64,000 nucleotides of DNA from Chrysomallon squamiferum (GCA_012295275.1 CM022666.1:8308001-8372000); one strand, 5' to 3'; shown: positions 41,000 through 57,058, counted from the first letter of the stretch. Notes: generated by a model from the sequence alone, not told the origin. Numbers and translations: made by a program.

Positions 41000-43180
41000 T
41001 GTTAATATTTTAATTATTTTAATTATTATTTATTTGTTTATTCAAACTCGGTAATAGTATTTAAAATATTTGTTTAATTTTTATTATAACTTTTTATTTA
41101 TTTATTTATTTATTTATTTATTTGTTTGTTTGTTTGTTTTTTTTGTTTATTTATTAGTTGAAGGATGTGTAAGTTGTCCAAACATTGCAAACATACAAAT
41201 TAAGTCTATATCAGGCTTGTGTTTATCTGCTCGGTCTACTTTGCCATCAGGTCAAGGTACTGGTTTACAGTGTAACAATATCGTGTCTCAGGAGAGTACT
41301 ACGATATCTCATGACTTGATAGGTTCAAAGTCCATACTTCAAATGATTTCTCACCTAGACGTAAAAAAGTTGGAAAAATAAATAAATAAATAAATAAACT
41401 AAAACGATGATGTGCCCACGGTCATAGTGACAGCAGTCCACAGTTTGTTAGTAACATTTGTCTGCAGTGGGTATATCGTCTTCACAAACACGATATAATG
41501 TTATAAAAATCATGTCTCAGAAGATTTATTTAGGTTCAAAGTCGTTGGTTGTTCATTTGTCATAGATGCACAAACACGATATAATGTTATAAAAAGATTT
41601 ATTTACGTTGGTTGTTACATAGATGGTTATTGTTATGTATGAGAATGTAGCAGCCATGTTTGAAGGAGACATGTTTTGATATAGCAACGGATGTCATGTT
41701 GTGATTGCTGATGGCCACCCTTTCCTGTTGAATACTGACGATAAGACAACACTGATCAACAGCTTCGTGCTTTGCAGTCGGCCTACAATATCTACATGGA
41801 CGGCACCTTTTCTTCGTGACCTGAGATTAAGTTTACATTCTTCATGCCAGAACCGGTTCATCCACATACGCGCTAGTACACGCCTGGGGCTTGCAGTGCA
41901 GTACAAGGAAGCTCCTCCCATCCGGCAGTGGATCCGCAGGGCTGCCGGACTAACTCTACTATCACGAGAAAATTCAGGACGCATGCATTGAAACCATGAA
42001 GCTGACACCAAATGTTCCTCGTTCATTGACTGGATTGATGATGATGCTCGCTTCCCCCTGCCGATCTGGAACCACCATGAGACCAATGGACCACGCACCA
42101 ACAACAATCTGGAAGGATTCCACAGCCGGCTCAACAAAGCAATGCCCCACTACCACCCGAACATCTGTCCACTTGTGGACATTAAGAAGATCGAGTGTGC
42201 AGCAGAACCAAGATTTCCCAGATTGACTTTGGAGCTGTTCCTCCATCCCGCAAACGTGTGTACACAGAGATGGAAAACAGACTCAAACATCAATTGCAGC
42301 AGAGAGTCACAACGCTCCTTCAGTTCTTAGATGCTGTAGGCTATCAACTGAAACTTAAGTGATGAAATTATCTGGATGAACTAAAATGTATAAATAATTA
42401 TAAGCCTTTGTTTCATTTATTTATTGCCGGTAAACATACAATATACAACAATGTGGAATCATACCATTTTTATCCGGGTACCGGGCAGAGGATTCAGTGT
42501 GCACCAAACCTTGACTTGTGTTGTTATAAACTGTATGACAAATAACCATATGACTGATGGGAGGTAGTCATATATATTATAGTTGTTGTTGTTGTTGTTG
42601 TCATTATTATGATTATTATTATTAATTTTACATCATATAATATTATCTATATCTTACTGTATTGTGTGTGTGTGTGAATAAAACCATATTTGATAACATA
42701 ATGTCATACCGTATACTATATCAAACCATATTAACACACCATATAATCTAATATTCTTCTTTTTATTTCCTTTCAGGTGAACAACAGAAACAGATAAAAA
42801 ATAACCCTCTCAGTGTCCTCAAAGGGAGCTGCGGTGAACAACAATCGACTCAGTATCACTGAAGCAGGTTTCTACTACATTTACAGCCAGGTTTACTTCA
42901 GAATCTTTGTAGGCAACGGCACGAAGCTGCCAAACGTCCTGGGTCACCAGGTTTTCCGCTACAGCGTCAACGTTCCCAACGACGGAATAGAACACCTGCT
43001 GCAGACAGCACATACCACCACGGAAGATAAAAATCGCGACGTCTATCATCACAGCAGCTACGTAGAGGGGGTGTTTAAGCTTGATGTCGGAGACAAGCTG
43101 TTTGTAAAGATATCCCATCCGTTACTTATTAATCGTGATCCTAACCTGACCGTTTTGGGGTCATGAAATTTAATTGGTAA
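38482..43180 (+). pseudogene. TNF superfamily ligand, copy 4, probable pseudogene (exons 38482..38844, 40434..40470, 42777..43180)
   Basis: The last exon has a 12-nt deletion removing the conserved W, an extra G (aaagggagct, ~42824) that shifts the frame, and a lost base near 43155-43160 giving an early TGA. Exon 3 is absent. The homopolymer indels could be assembly errors. Confidence 0.75.
41660..42360 (+). mobile_element. MULE transposase remnant in the last intron of copy 4
   Basis: Homologous to the copy 2 and 3 remnants, with an internal deletion. Confidence 0.75.
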
Positions 43181-43526
43181 ACCATTAAATAAATAAGTAA
43201 ATATTTAAATAAGTAAATAAATAAATAAATAAATAAGTAAATATTTAAATAAGTAAATAAGTAAATAAATAATAAATAATAGTAAAAATGATATTAAGAC
43301 TTCCAAAACCTCATCAAGAAAATTATAGAGCTACTTTAACTGGGAAATAATGCCACATTTATAAGGTCAAGGTCGTCCATGCAGTGAAATGATTGGTGTA
43401 ACAGTTCAAGCGTAAAGAGCTGTTTGCAGTGTTTTGTTGTTTTTTCCGCTTGTCGACGTTACAAGTTTTGTGTTGTAATTTTTATTTTATTAAACTTACA
43501 TTTATATTTTTTAAATAAAAAATTGT

Positions 43527-43571
<45 letters not shown>

Positions 43572-43657
43572 TAAAAAATCGTCAATTTCGGTATGAGGCA
43601 TAGGCCTAATTTATATTTTATTAAATTTATATTGATATTTTTTTAAATAAAAAATTG

Positions 43658-43708
<51 letters not shown>

Positions 43709-44125
43709 TAATGAAAAAAAAACCCATTGTAATAAAGTAAATATTAATGTGTCAAAGATGATTTCAGATATTCACCTGTTTCAGATATTATCCTTGTCTG
43801 CATTGGTTTATGTATTAAGATCGTATGTAAACAGTTTCACATATATTTTAAGTTCTCTTGATGTCAAATACTTTATGTGTAGTGGTCGTCTTAACGTTTT
43901 ATTGTTATAAATTTCAATACTGTCATAGAAAATAGATACAAACGATACCTGTCTATCTCTATCTATCTACACACACACACACACGGACACACACACACAC
44001 ACACACAGACACACACACACAGACACACAGGAAAATAAATTATTCTTTTTATCTTCAATGCAGGGACAGATCTAATCACCTCTGCAGGGAAGTATCGATA
44101 TATTTTATTACCTTATTAACAAATT

Positions 44126-44173
<48 letters not shown>

Positions 44174-44468
44174 TAATAATAATAAAAAATATATATAAAC
44201 AAATAAAATGAAATTAGAATAAAAATAGAAATAAACAGAAAACAAAAATAAAAATAATAAAAAATGTAAATTGTTATTACTTTAGTTCATGGTTCAAATC
44301 ATAATTTTTCTCGTTATGAAAACATTTTCACAAAACAAAAAACAAAAAAATAAATAAATCAAAAAAATTAATAATAAATAAATAAATAAATAAAAGTAAT
44401 AATAATAATAACAATAATAATAACAATAATAACAATAATAATAATATTAATAATAAAACTACTACTAC

Positions 44469-44503
<35 letters not shown>

Positions 44504-46613
44504 TATTTATTTTATATCCGTTTTAAGAACACCATGACATTTAATATAACTCACACAACAAATATGACTTTGAGAGGCGACGTTAAAACTACACGCATGA
44601 AAAACGCTATCAATACAACGCAGGTGTTTGTATTTGTTTGTTAGAAACGAGACTTGGACTTCGTTCAAAATGTTATCTCACCTTGAAATGTGCTGTGTTG
44701 TTGTCAGATAATACCTGGGTTTTTCCTTGGCAAGTCAAAAGATCAGTTACGTAAGATACCTGTACAGGTAAGGGGATTTTCCAGCTACAATAAACTTCCA
44801 AGGGATGATCACATTAAAAAGTGATGCCTCTTTGATGCGATACTAGAAGCTATCGAACAAGTATTCCTTGTTCCAGTTTTCTTTTTTTTTAAATTAAAGT
44901 TGCTTTAATCAACTGGTTTTTAAATGTATCTGTAAAAATGTATTTTTAATATAACCATGCAGATATATCAATCAGGTAAAAAAAGCTCTGTTGTGAAATG
45001 CCCCATAGTTTTTGTTTTTATTCCTTGTAAATTATTTTTGTAAATCATGTTTTGTAAACTGTACCATTGACAATAAAATTAAAGTAAAAATAAAGAATTA
45101 AAAATCAAAAAAATTTACCTGGTTTTGATTATGTTGTTCTGTATTAAATTCTGCATATGCTGATTATATTGATTTATAATGCTTTTAAATGCTTTTAAAT
45201 GCTTTGATTTTTCCGACGTTTTTGTTCTATTGATTTCTAATTGCATTTGTTTTTAAATTATCACTGCGTTTTAAAAACAGTTTAGAGTTTTGCAATCTGT
45301 TTATCAGAATAATACGATGATTGTAAATGCTTTAATCTGTTATTATTATGCAACCATTTAGATAGTTTCTTGTCTGAGTTTTATTAACACAGGCCCGATC
45401 CTGTCGTTAACGACGTCGTTTATTAAAGTATTCTGTAACCAAGCACGACATGCTCTGCGCATTCTGCGTACTTCATGAAAAATAAAAATTTAAAAAACGA
45501 AAGCTAATAATCTCTAGCATCATCTACTAACAGTTCCCGGTTATGAAATTTTGGTCTTCGTTTTTTGGACAATATTCTTTAATTTGTCAGCCATGATTAC
45601 TTTGTAAAAGACTATTAGTCCATGAGATAAGACAAATTTTGATACCAAACAGATCCAATATGTATATGGGTAAAATAGATCCAATAAGTATATGGGGGGG
45701 GGAAACATTTGACTAAATTTATCTGGTTTTGTTTATGTTGTTCTATATAAAATTCTGCAGATGCTGATTTATAGTTATTTATAATGCATTTACTAAAATC
45801 AGTAAATAAATGCGGAATTTTCCGACTGTATATTCGACAAATGAGCTGTTTCACAGCATATCATGAACATTTATCTTTTGTCTGTGTCAGAAAAGCTTTT
45901 CAGATTTAAGCAGAGGGAGTTAATGTAATCAGAATGTTATTAATATTATAACACTGTCATAATGAAACATTTAAGTAAAAACAATAAACAGGATAAAACA
46001 CCCACTGCACTTTAAACAACAAGCGGACAAGTAAACACTGGTTAAAAACTGCCTACGTCACAGTTAACAGAAACAGACAGTCTATAATCCGATCTACCAA
46101 CACAGTGAACAATTTAAAATGTAAAACACACGACAGAAGTTTCATAAATTATTACGGTACAAAGAAATATATAAATTAAACACATAACAAAGAAATATCC
46201 AGAGGTGATTACGTAACCGATTAAGAAAAGTTTTAATAAAAGGCTGAGTAATGCAGATGTTAAACCCTGCAACAGTCGCGCGCGCTGACCTGTCAGAAAG
46301 CGTGCCCGTCGTAGACGTACTTCACAACAGCTTGCTCTTATTAACACGATAATTTCTTTCAAGTTTCAAGACGTTAAACAGTCAAATTTAATCAAACCTA
46401 CGAACATCTCACGTGTAGTAAACAAAATAACGACACTGTGATTCTCTTTACTACATCAGACTTCAAACGACATCGTAACAATCAGTAAACAACACTTTCG
46501 GCTAACAGTCGGTAACTCAGTCGTTATGTTGTCGTTCGAGTCATTATATGAGTCGTTATCATCTCACGACCGACATCTTCGGGAATATGGCCCCTGAAGT
46601 GTTATAAAAGGTA

Positions 46614-46663
<50 letters not shown>

Positions 46664-46744
46664 CGCAAGAACGCGCGCGCGCGCGTTACTATAGCATCTA
46701 AAATTACAGGTGATAAACAGAATCTGAGGCTGCAGGAAAAAGAG

Positions 46745-47375
46745 AAGGTGGTAATGGTAGTCTAAGAGTACTAGAAGTAGCAGTGATAGTAATAGTAGTA
46801 GTGGTAACGGTAGTAGTAGTAATTGGTGTAGTAGTAGTGGTAGTGGTAATAGTAGTAGTACTGGTAATGGTAGTAATTGTAGTAGTAATACTGGTAATGT
46901 TAAAAGTAGTTGTAGTAGTAGTACTGCTGGTAAAGTGGAAGTTGTAGTAGTAGTTGTAATGATAACAGTGGAAATGGTAGTAGTAGCAGCAGTCGAAGTG
47001 ATAGTAATCGTAGTACAGTAGTAGTAGCAGCAGCAGTAGTGTTGGTGATAGTCGCAGCAGTAGCAGCATTTGTACTTTTGGTAGCAGTAGTAGTAGTAAT
47101 AATACTGGTAGTGGTGGTAATCGTATAGTAGTAGTACTTATTGCTGTTGTAGTTTTGTTGTCGTTGTTATTACAACTGTCTTAGTATCAGTCGTAGTAGT
47201 AGTGATGTTGGTGGCTGTCATATTATTATTATTAGTAGTAGTAGTAGTAGTAGTAGAATTACTTGTATTAATAGTATTAGTAGTAACAGTTAGTAAAAGA
47301 TAGTAGTAGTTATATTAATGATGCTTATAACTAGTAGTGATATTAATATTAGTAATAGCAGTAGTAGTTATAGCA
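46745..47375. repeat. Degenerate (TAG)n trinucleotide tract
   Basis: Paralog of 31095-31655. Confidence 0.85.
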
Positions 47376-47544
47376 GAATATATGTAGGAGCATGTAGATT
47401 TCCCGAAAGGTATTTTTTTATTATTTATTTATTTATTTAATTATTTATTTTAAATTAGTGTTAAAATTTTATATATTGCAAATATATAATACATTATATT
47501 ATCTATAGTAATATATCGATCATTTTGTACATAATTCATTTATG

Positions 47545-47649
<105 letters not shown>

Positions 47650-48124
47650 CAATCATTAAGATTTTTGTTATCTCTTGGAATAAATAAATAAATAAATAAG
47701 TTATACATTTATTCATCTTTTAAAATAAATAAATAGATAAGTTATGAAATTAATCATCATGGTTCATTTAAAATAAATAAAACTAACTGGACTAAACAGT
47801 TTATCACAAATGAAGGGACATAACTCGTGAAATTTTGTTTCTAAATTAATCGAAAGTTTTAAATTGTTTGAATGTATCACAGGTATATAACTATGTATGT
47901 ATGTGCAAAAGTAGGTATACAGTTATGAAAAAAGAAAACATTTGTTATTCAAACAAAAAAAGCTAATATAAAAATACATGCATTTTTATTAATTTAAATA
48001 AAATATGGTTAATGACACTCAAAATAAGAAAAATGAGTCCAACTAATTTAATGTTTACTAAATTCACTGATGTGATACTACTGTATACCTACTTTTTTAA
48101 TCCCTCTATATATAAATGTGTGTT

Positions 48125-48191
<67 letters not shown>

Positions 48192-48295
48192 ATAAATATT
48201 ATTTGTCTTTAATGTTATATATACATTCAGTATAGTTTATAAATTACTGTTGAAAATATTTAATTTAAAAAAATAGTAAATTTAAAAAACTCCAC

Positions 48296-48349
<54 letters not shown>

Positions 48350-49213
48350 GTCATTTTGTTTGTTTTTCTTTTTAAGAAAAGATTGCTGTTAGTAATAATA
48401 AAAATGAGGATTTATCACAGAGACAAGACTGACACGGTTTCATACGAGTACAGCTTTTCAAATTCGTCCGGGACACGTGACTAGGTGGTGTCGTTTTTGA
48501 AGAAACGCAAACGAGTCATAATAATAAATATGAATTCTAGGAAAAAACATTTTTGCGAACCCGTTGTCATATCTTTTATTTATGTTTTTTTAAAAGAAAT
48601 TTTAGCCTTCTTGCTTTTTCAGTTTGTTTAATGTTTCACAAGAAAACGACAGCCGCTTGGCGTTCTGTTATGTAGTAATAGTTCACATAACAGGCAAGTG
48701 AAAAGCCGAGGAATAATTGTACAGCAAAATGAACTGTGTGATATCAAATAAAAATTTTATCATTTTTTAATTGTTATTAATTATCGTTGTCACTTTATTG
48801 ATCTCTTATCACGTTACGATGCAAACTTTCTGTGTTAAAATAACAGAAAATTCCAGTGACTCTTACTTGGGAGAAACACAAAGCGCAGTTAATTTCTAGC
48901 TCTAAGTCAGCAGTAGAAAGTACCTCGGCACCTACTTTTATTGATAATCACGTGACATACCTGTGTATGGGTAGGTTGAATTAACATATTATTTAGGGAA
49001 GCTCACTATAGTGACTTTTCAGAGTACAAAATGGCGACTAGCGGATCAGACGGCTAAGAATCAATTCTTTAAAAAGATACATGAAATAATCAAGTTTTGT
49101 GAAGCCAACCCTAGCGGTAAAACGGGTCTGAGGGCGGAGATATTTACTGGGTATTTTTGTTTGTTTGTTGTTGTTTTTTTCTATTTTCTTGATGTCTTTT
49201 ACTCATGCGCGTA

Positions 49214-49256
<43 letters not shown>

Positions 49257-50258
49257 TTCAATGTTTCTAATAGCAACTGTATCGGGTAATTGTATTTTTT
49301 GTGTTGTAGTTATTTTAATTATATTTATGTGTCTAAATTCTTCCACGTAATAAAAACCAAGGAGGTAAATAAATAAAAACGAGAAGTTTACAGCCAGAGT
49401 TTATGAAGCAGTTGATTTCCTTATAGGTTAAAATCAGTTACTTGTCTTATTACAGTTATTTTTATTACCAAACGAAGAGGAGAGCTATAATTACCCAGCA
49501 GTACGCATGCGCATGAAATAACTTTATCGCGTGCATAAATACACACACTGAGCGTTGTATCAGCTTTAATAGCAGTATCTGAAAAGCAGACGTTAGGCTT
49601 TTAGGCGCCGATTTTTGGATAGCGATCACGACCTGTGGAAAATAAAAACATTGCAGTCATCGATTATTGCAAGAAAACGATCGAAAAGGTAAATAATTTG
49701 AATTTTGCTTTAGAATTCATTACATTCTTTGTCCTATTTTCGACGGCTATTTTAACAAAGACTTCACACTGTTGTTAGTTGCTGTAGTTGCATTTGTCAC
49801 CAATATTGTAGAAGCAACAGTTGTTGTTGAACCAGCAGTCCTTTGAATTGTGAAACTTATTCAATTTAAAGTCTGAGTCATGGTTTATTACAAGAAATTC
49901 ACAAACTGGAACTTGCTAGTAGTTCACAACTATCAAACACACATAAAAATATAGCAGGTAATATTTATTTAATCTCTGTTTATTTATTTTTTTATTTTAT
50001 GTTTATTTAGTTATGTATTCATTCATTTTGTTTAATATTTCATTATTCATCTTGCTTAAGATCTGTGAAGCGAGCTTTGTTTACTTTCCGTGTCTGTTTT
50101 TCTACAGTTCAGTATAGTTTAGCATTTGAAAGGTTGCTTTCCACTCATGTTCATTATCACTATTTTTTATTTTTTTGACGATGGAAACTAAAATTTCTGT
50201 CATTTTGTTTGATTTTTTTTGTTGTTTCTTCTTCTTCATCTTCTACTACTTCTTCTAC

Positions 50259-50300
<42 letters not shown>

Positions 50301-50676
50301 TTATTATTATTTTAATTATTATTTATTTATTTGTTGAAACTCGCCAGTAGTTCACGATTGAATGAAACAAATTATTTTTATTTATTTACTTATTTGATGT
50401 TTCTTTATTTATTTATTCATTCATTTTGTTTAAAATTTCATTATTCAACTTGTTTAAAATCTATGATGCGAGCTTCAAAAATTGTCTACTTAAATTCATT
50501 TGTATAAGTGAAGTGAGCTTTTGATTTTGTCTACTTAAACCATTAGTTTTTATATCATTCCTTTATTAGCAAATTAATCTTTTAAAACTCTAAAAACGAA
50601 ACTGGAAATGTTCTTTAGTAGAAAAATGAAAGTAAATAATTAGTACATATACAAAAATAAATAAATAAATCTAAAA

Positions 50677-52059
50677 ATGTCGTCAGCGTATTCTGGCCTG
50701 ACCTTTGACAGGGAAACCAAACATCACTACGACCTCGTCAAAGTGATTTCCTCTTTCGGTTTAAAACGTCGCTTCTTTCCAGTTTACCTGTGTATAATTA
50801 TCAGTTTCCTTGCACTCTCGCTTTCTCTTTTTGGTTTTATCAAAGACTATTGGTTCACAAATGCTGTGAACAAGAAATTAGAAGGCGTCTGCATTCCATG
50901 TGCGTACCTGCTAAATACGCAATTTCGGGAAGACGATCCAGATGTAGAAATAATCATGAAATATGGAGAAAAGACCTGCTGCGCACGCACACCTGCACGG
51001 ATGCAACAGATGATTAACGAGGTGAGTTGGGATTTGCTAACTGGGTATAGATCATTGTAGGTACATAACTGTATTCGCTGCTAGTTCTAGTATTGGTATC
51101 ATTACAACTGATCCTACTACTGCTACTACTTAAAAGGAGCTACCGTGCCACAGCAAACACTACTGTACTACTACTACTGCTGTTACAACAATGCTCATTA
51201 CTGCTGCAACAACAACTATTAATTACTGTAACACCATTGCAACAATTACTACGTCTACTAAGTTAACAGGTATAAAAAATACGGAGAAAGTGGACTAGAG
51301 GCATTTTAAAAAATATTATTATCTATAAACAATGGTTATGCATATTAAATAAATTTAAAATCAATCAATCAAGCAATCTATCAATCAAATAAAATATATA
51401 AAATATAAAAATATAAAACATGTGGAAATGTACGATGTTGGGTATCAGACTTGAAACAAACCAACAAAAAGAAAGAAAAAAAAAAACAATGAAAAAAAAA
51501 ATATAATGACAACAAATAATGAAAGAAAGAGAAAAACAAAAAAGGAAAGTCCTATTCAGAAAGATATACATCTAAAAAGCAAAGAAAGAGAAACACAGGC
51601 ACCTGGGTTATATTGCTTTGACCAAGGAATAACACTTCACAAAAAAAAGAAAAAAATGTTATGGATTTTACACATTTAGAAGAAAAAACATTGACAATTT
51701 AATTTAAATAAATTTTGGGATTTGTCTTACTGGTCAGTAAAGAGTAAAAAAAACTAAATACAAAATCCCCTCCATATTCCCTCAGATCTCCAAAATGGCT
51801 CATGAAGTTATGTGTACCAGTGAATGAAATCAAATGCATATTTGTTATTGATATTAGAAATTCTTGACTAATAAAATTATTGTGAATTTCGTTTCCAACG
51901 AATATATCAAGATGCTATGATGAACTTTGATCGGTATGAATTTGATCAAATATGACACTTAAATGTTCTTTGATAGTCGACTTTTGAATAATTAATTATG
52001 ACTTTCTTTCCCAAAACATGTGAATATCTATCAGGATATTCAGATTATGTTCCCAGGAC
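50677..52059 (+). pseudogene. TNF superfamily ligand, copy 5, exon 1 (50677..51021) plus part of intron 1 only
   Basis: Exon 1 has an 18-nt in-frame deletion (QKKRSS). About 170 bp upstream of the ATG, including the putative acceptor, is deleted. Intron 1 stops at the LINE junction and exons 2-4 never resume. Confidence 0.85.
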
Positions 52060-53240
52060 CCACAGCCGAACCACCATCGCAGTACACAAAAAAAATTATA
52101 CAAACATCGACAAACAGTTGCGCTACTTAATAGAAGCGCAAATACATATTATGGACAAAACAACAAAAGTCAACAAAAATAAAAACGAAAAAGAAATCTA
52201 CTTCGAAGTAGACAAAAAACCACTAAAAACAATCGGTTCCAACATTACAATCTGGGACGAAACATTTGTTGTCAGGATTTTAACAAAAATAATCCCTGAC
52301 ACAAAACAGACACAGAAAAAAACTCCCACACCACAACCCAGAAAAACACTGCTCACACAACAGCAGCCAAAACAAGTACCAATTTCAAAACAACAACAAC
52401 AACAATCTAAACACACAACAAAAGCCAAAGAGGCAACAATATACAAATATATTTCTAAAGATTTGGGTTTTTATTACCCGCATGCAAACAAACTAGATTT
52501 CTTTGAAATGTTCAACAAAGAACTAGTACAACAAACAAATTCAACACTAGTCGGTGTGGAAATGTGGAGAAAGCCAAATTACTGGACCACACTGACATTT
52601 AACAGAAAACTAACAAACACAACCATCACCATTGATGGCTACAAATACACACTGGCAGAAATGAGGCCGCAGTTGCCCAAGTGCGGCCACTGTCAGAAAT
52701 GGGGGCACATCACAAACCAGTGCACCCACAGACACAATCCGAAACATTTAACGTGTAGTTTCTGCGGTGGAAATCACCACAGAAATTCAGGCCTATTCCG
52801 GTCTCTGGCAAAATGCGCAAATTGCCAGGGCCCACACGAATCACACTACAAGATGTGCCCAGCCAAAATAAAAGCAACGAACAATTTTTAGCACAACAGG
52901 AGAGATAACAAAATTTTAGAAAACGTCTACAAAAAATGCCAGAAAATCGAACAAAAAACCAAAACCATTATAGAAACAAAAATTGATCAACACAACAACA
53001 AACCAAAAGACAATCTCGACAAGGAGGTCAGGATCGCAGAAATCCACAAAATTATTGTCTGCCTCCTGATTGAGAATCAGAACATCAGGACCAATAAAGG
53101 AAACACAAATGATGACGCCAATTTGGAGCAGACAGTAGCCCAGATAATTGAAGACAGCTTGGGCTTCAAGATCGACACACATGACAAAAGAGTAAAATTA
53201 CACACAGACAGGAGAAATCCTACAAACACAAAACAGTGAA
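52060..53240 (+). pseudogene. LINE ORF1 (zinc-knuckle nucleic-acid-binding protein), disrupted near 52890
   Basis: Three tandem knuckles: CGHCQKWGHITNQC, CSFCGGNH (degenerate) and CANCQGPHESHYKMC. Confidence 0.85.
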
Positions 53241-53299
53241 CAAAACAAAATAAACAGTAACAACGATTTACAAACTGTTCACGATAAGCACGCCAAGAA

Positions 53300-56200
53300 C
53301 ACAGGCCTCTCCGTTCTTCAATGGAACGCCAAAGGCCTTCACTCAACAGGCCACGGAGACGAATTACTACACTTCCTGGCCTCCACTACAAACACACCGG
53401 ACATAATATGCATTCAAGAAACATGGCTGGGACATTTCAACAAAAACAACAAAACAACAAAAACCTTTACAGTCCCCGGGTACCAAAGTCATTACGTCAA
53501 CAGATACAACAGCACCCGGGGAGGCATCATGACTCTCGTCAAACAAGACATTCCACACACCAAGCTGAACCAAGCCAAAGTTCACGCCAACATAGAAATA
53601 CTAAGCATCACAATACACAACAACAATCAAAACATCGACATCATTAACGTATACAGCCCACCCACTCCCGCACTACACACCATTCAAACCCACGACTTAA
53701 ACAAAATGATCACAACAAAGAACAAGGTCATTATAGTGGGCGATTTCAACTGTCACAACACCCTATGGGGTGGCTCGACAGACGACAGCCCTGGAATCGT
53801 CCTCGAAGATTTCCTAGAACAAAACCAGCTGGTCTGTTTGAACGACGGAACATTCACATACACTAGCGACATCAATGGTGGCCAAACCGCCATTGATGTA
53901 ACATTCACAAGTAAGGACATCGCAGCACTCTCCGAATGGCAAGTGCTCGATGAGCTAAACAGCGACCACCACCCGATACTCACCAACTACAACAGCAAGA
54001 ACACCTTCTCGGACAGATCCATCTTCACACCGAAATGGAACTTCAACAAAGCGGACTGGGAAGGCTTCTACAAAGCATGCAGAAACATCAACACGCAGAA
54101 CCCCAACAACATCGACACCTACTGCGCATCACTCACCAACACGATACACTCCATTGCAATCAGATACATACCCAAAACCAGAAAATGCACCGGCAAAATA
54201 TCCACTCCCTGGTGGACGGAACGCATAGAAAACAAATGCAAGGAGAGAAACAAATACAGAAGACAATATAAAAAAGACGAAAAATATAAAATATCAAGAA
54301 ACAAGAACACTGGGAACTTTTTTGCAACAACATCGACCACAAAACATCAGTCAAAGACATGTGGGCCAAAGTAAAAAACATTCATGGAAAAAAAACCCCA
54401 CAGAATCAACATTCTCGGCAAAAACAACATCGCATTCACTGACAAGCAAAAGGCGGACCTACTCAGCCAAACCTTCGCCAAGTCCAGCAGCAATTCGAAC
54501 TTCCCACTGAAGTTCGCAAAGAAACAACTGGACAACCAAGCAATCGGCAAACACTCCGCAGACACAGAAAACAGGAAATACAATCAACTATTCAACATCA
54601 GTGAATTAAAACATGCACTCAAAAACAAGAAAAGTACAGCCACGGGGCCAGATAAAATAAGCTACACAATATTACAACATCTACCAGACGAAACACTACT
54701 TTACAACGCAATATGGACCACCGGCAAGATTCCAACAAACTGGAAACACACCGAATGTTTCAGCTGCCCAAACCACACAAAGATCACTCACTACCCAACA
54801 GCTACAGGCCGATCACGCTGCCGTCACACATGTGTAAAACATTGGAAACAATGATCAACACACGCTTGAACCAGCATTTAAACGACAACAATTTAATCAG
54901 CAAATTTCAAAGCGGCTTCAGGAAGAAACACAGCACAAACGACCAGATCACACGCCTGCAAACATCAATTAATCAATCTTTTCGAAAATCAAATAAAGTC
55001 ATAGCAGTTTTTTTAGACATTGAAAAAGCATTCAACATGGTATGGAGGGAAGGACTGTTGTTAAATTAATCAACAACAACATCAAAGGCAACATGTTCAA
55101 CTTTATCAAAGACTTTATCAACAACAGAACCATAGCAGTCAAAGTAAACGGTCACACCTCAGAGAAAACGACAATCGAAAACGGCATCCCCCAAGGATCC
55201 GTGATCTCGCCCACACTCTTCAACATCTACATCAACGACATCGTCACAGCACTCGACCAACAAGACAACGCCAGAAATCCGCCAAAGGAACCGATAAATA
55301 CAGCACTCTTTGCAGACGACTGCGCCCTTTGGCGGGCAGGAAGATCGACCGCAGCAATACAGAAACAAATACAAAAACACTTAAACAACGTAAACGATTG
55401 GGCGTTGAAATGGGGCATAAAGATTTCTCTTTCGAAAACGACGTGCCTCCTTTTCAACAAGAAATCAGACAACAGCAAGATCACACTCAACATCGACAAC
55501 AACGTCATAACACAAACAAAGACATTCAAATTTCTAGGTGTGACATTCGACAGTCAACTCAACTTCCGATACCACATACACAACATAATTGCATCCTGCA
55601 AAAAAAACAATCAATCTTCTAAAGTTAATTTCCGGAACCAGTTGGGGAGCAAATGAGTCAACGCTGATTTTGATACACAAAGCGTGTATTCTCTCCAAGC
55701 TCGACTACGGAGCCACGGCTTACTCGAATGCTCCCAAACTTTATTTAAAAAAACTAGATATAATTCAATCAAGTGCCCTCAGGGTGATCGGCCACCTGCC
55801 AAACACAACACCATCCGACAGCCTCCTGTCGGAATACAGCATCCAACCATTAAAATACAGAAGAAAACTGCAGCTACTAAAATACCACCTGAAAATACAC
55901 ACACTCAACACAGACCACCCGGTCAAGGATCTGGTCCCCGACGAACAAAGCATAGGACAACTCTTCAAATCGCATAGTCTACTACTATCGAATTTCCCGA
56001 CAACAGCTAGCCAAATCGAAAGGGAAACAGGAATAGGTGAAATGCCACTGCCGGCATACCACAAAGAAAGAAAACCGACAATAAAAACACCTTTCCTGAT
56101 AAAAAGAGAAACTGACAAAACAGAGATCCCACCGTTCAAAAAAATCATTTTTTTGGCAGCAGCAAACGACCACTACAAACAACACACGCACATCTACACT

Positions 56201-57058
56201 GACGGATCCAAAAACCCAGACAACGGGAGAGTAGGATTCGCCTTCTTGCCCAAGATCACACAAACAAACCCACATGCATACAATTCGGCCGTATCAGAAA
56301 TTACCTTTCTGTATACACGGCCGAGTTGGTAGCCATCATCAGAGCCATGCTGTGGGTAAAACACAACAACAACAAACACACAGTCATTTTCTCGGACAGT
56401 CTAAGTTCCGTGATCTCAATACAATCCGGAAGTTCAAGCAGACCAGACCTGCTCAGCAAAATACAACAACTACACGAGGAAATACAACACAACAAGAAAG
56501 AACTAACCATCGAGTGGCTCCCAGCACACGTCGGCATCATCGGCAACGAACTTGCCGACCATTACGCCAAAGAGTCACTCAGCATTAAAGACAAAGACAT
56601 CTGCACAGACATACATTACGGAATAAACGAAATTGTCTCCATCGCTGCCAAACATTACGACAAACAATGGGAAAACGAATGGATCAACACGAAAAAACAA
56701 ATGGCACTTAAACATCAAACCACTCGCCAAAACACCCAAAATCACACTCGCCAACAAACTACACAACAACAATCTCAGCAAAGCCAGAATTGGTTACTCA
56801 ACCAACCTAAACGCAATTCTATACCAACATAACATCACCACATCACCCAACTGCAGTTGTGGACTCTCAGAAACCATGAAACACTATTTGTTTCACTGTC
56901 CAAATTTTGCCAAGGAAAGACAAGCACTACGCAACACATTGGAGGAACTAAAAATCGAGTTCACGCTCCAACACATCCTGGCACCAAACGTGAAAGACAG
57001 AGAGTTAGTCCTCGCTGCAGTAACAAATTACATTCTCAAAACAAAACACAAATTATAA
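53300..57058 (+). pseudogene. LINE ORF2 (AP endonuclease, reverse transcriptase, RNase H, C-terminal zinc finger), multiple frameshifts
   Basis: APE motifs: LQWNAKGL, CIQETWL, NVYSPP, VGDFNCH, IDVTF, SDHHP. RT motifs: GPDKI, YRPITL, QSGFR, FLDIEKAF, GIPQGSVISPTLF, FADD, KFLGV. RNase H motifs: IYTDGS, FSDS, WLPAHVGIIGNELAD. Zinc finger: CSCG...HYLFHC. Confidence 0.92.

Noticed and set aside
51998-52891. 297-aa ORF as a novel host-LINE fusion gene
   Set aside because: The first ~21 codons are intron-1 sequence that happens to be in frame with truncated ORF1. There is no evidence of use.
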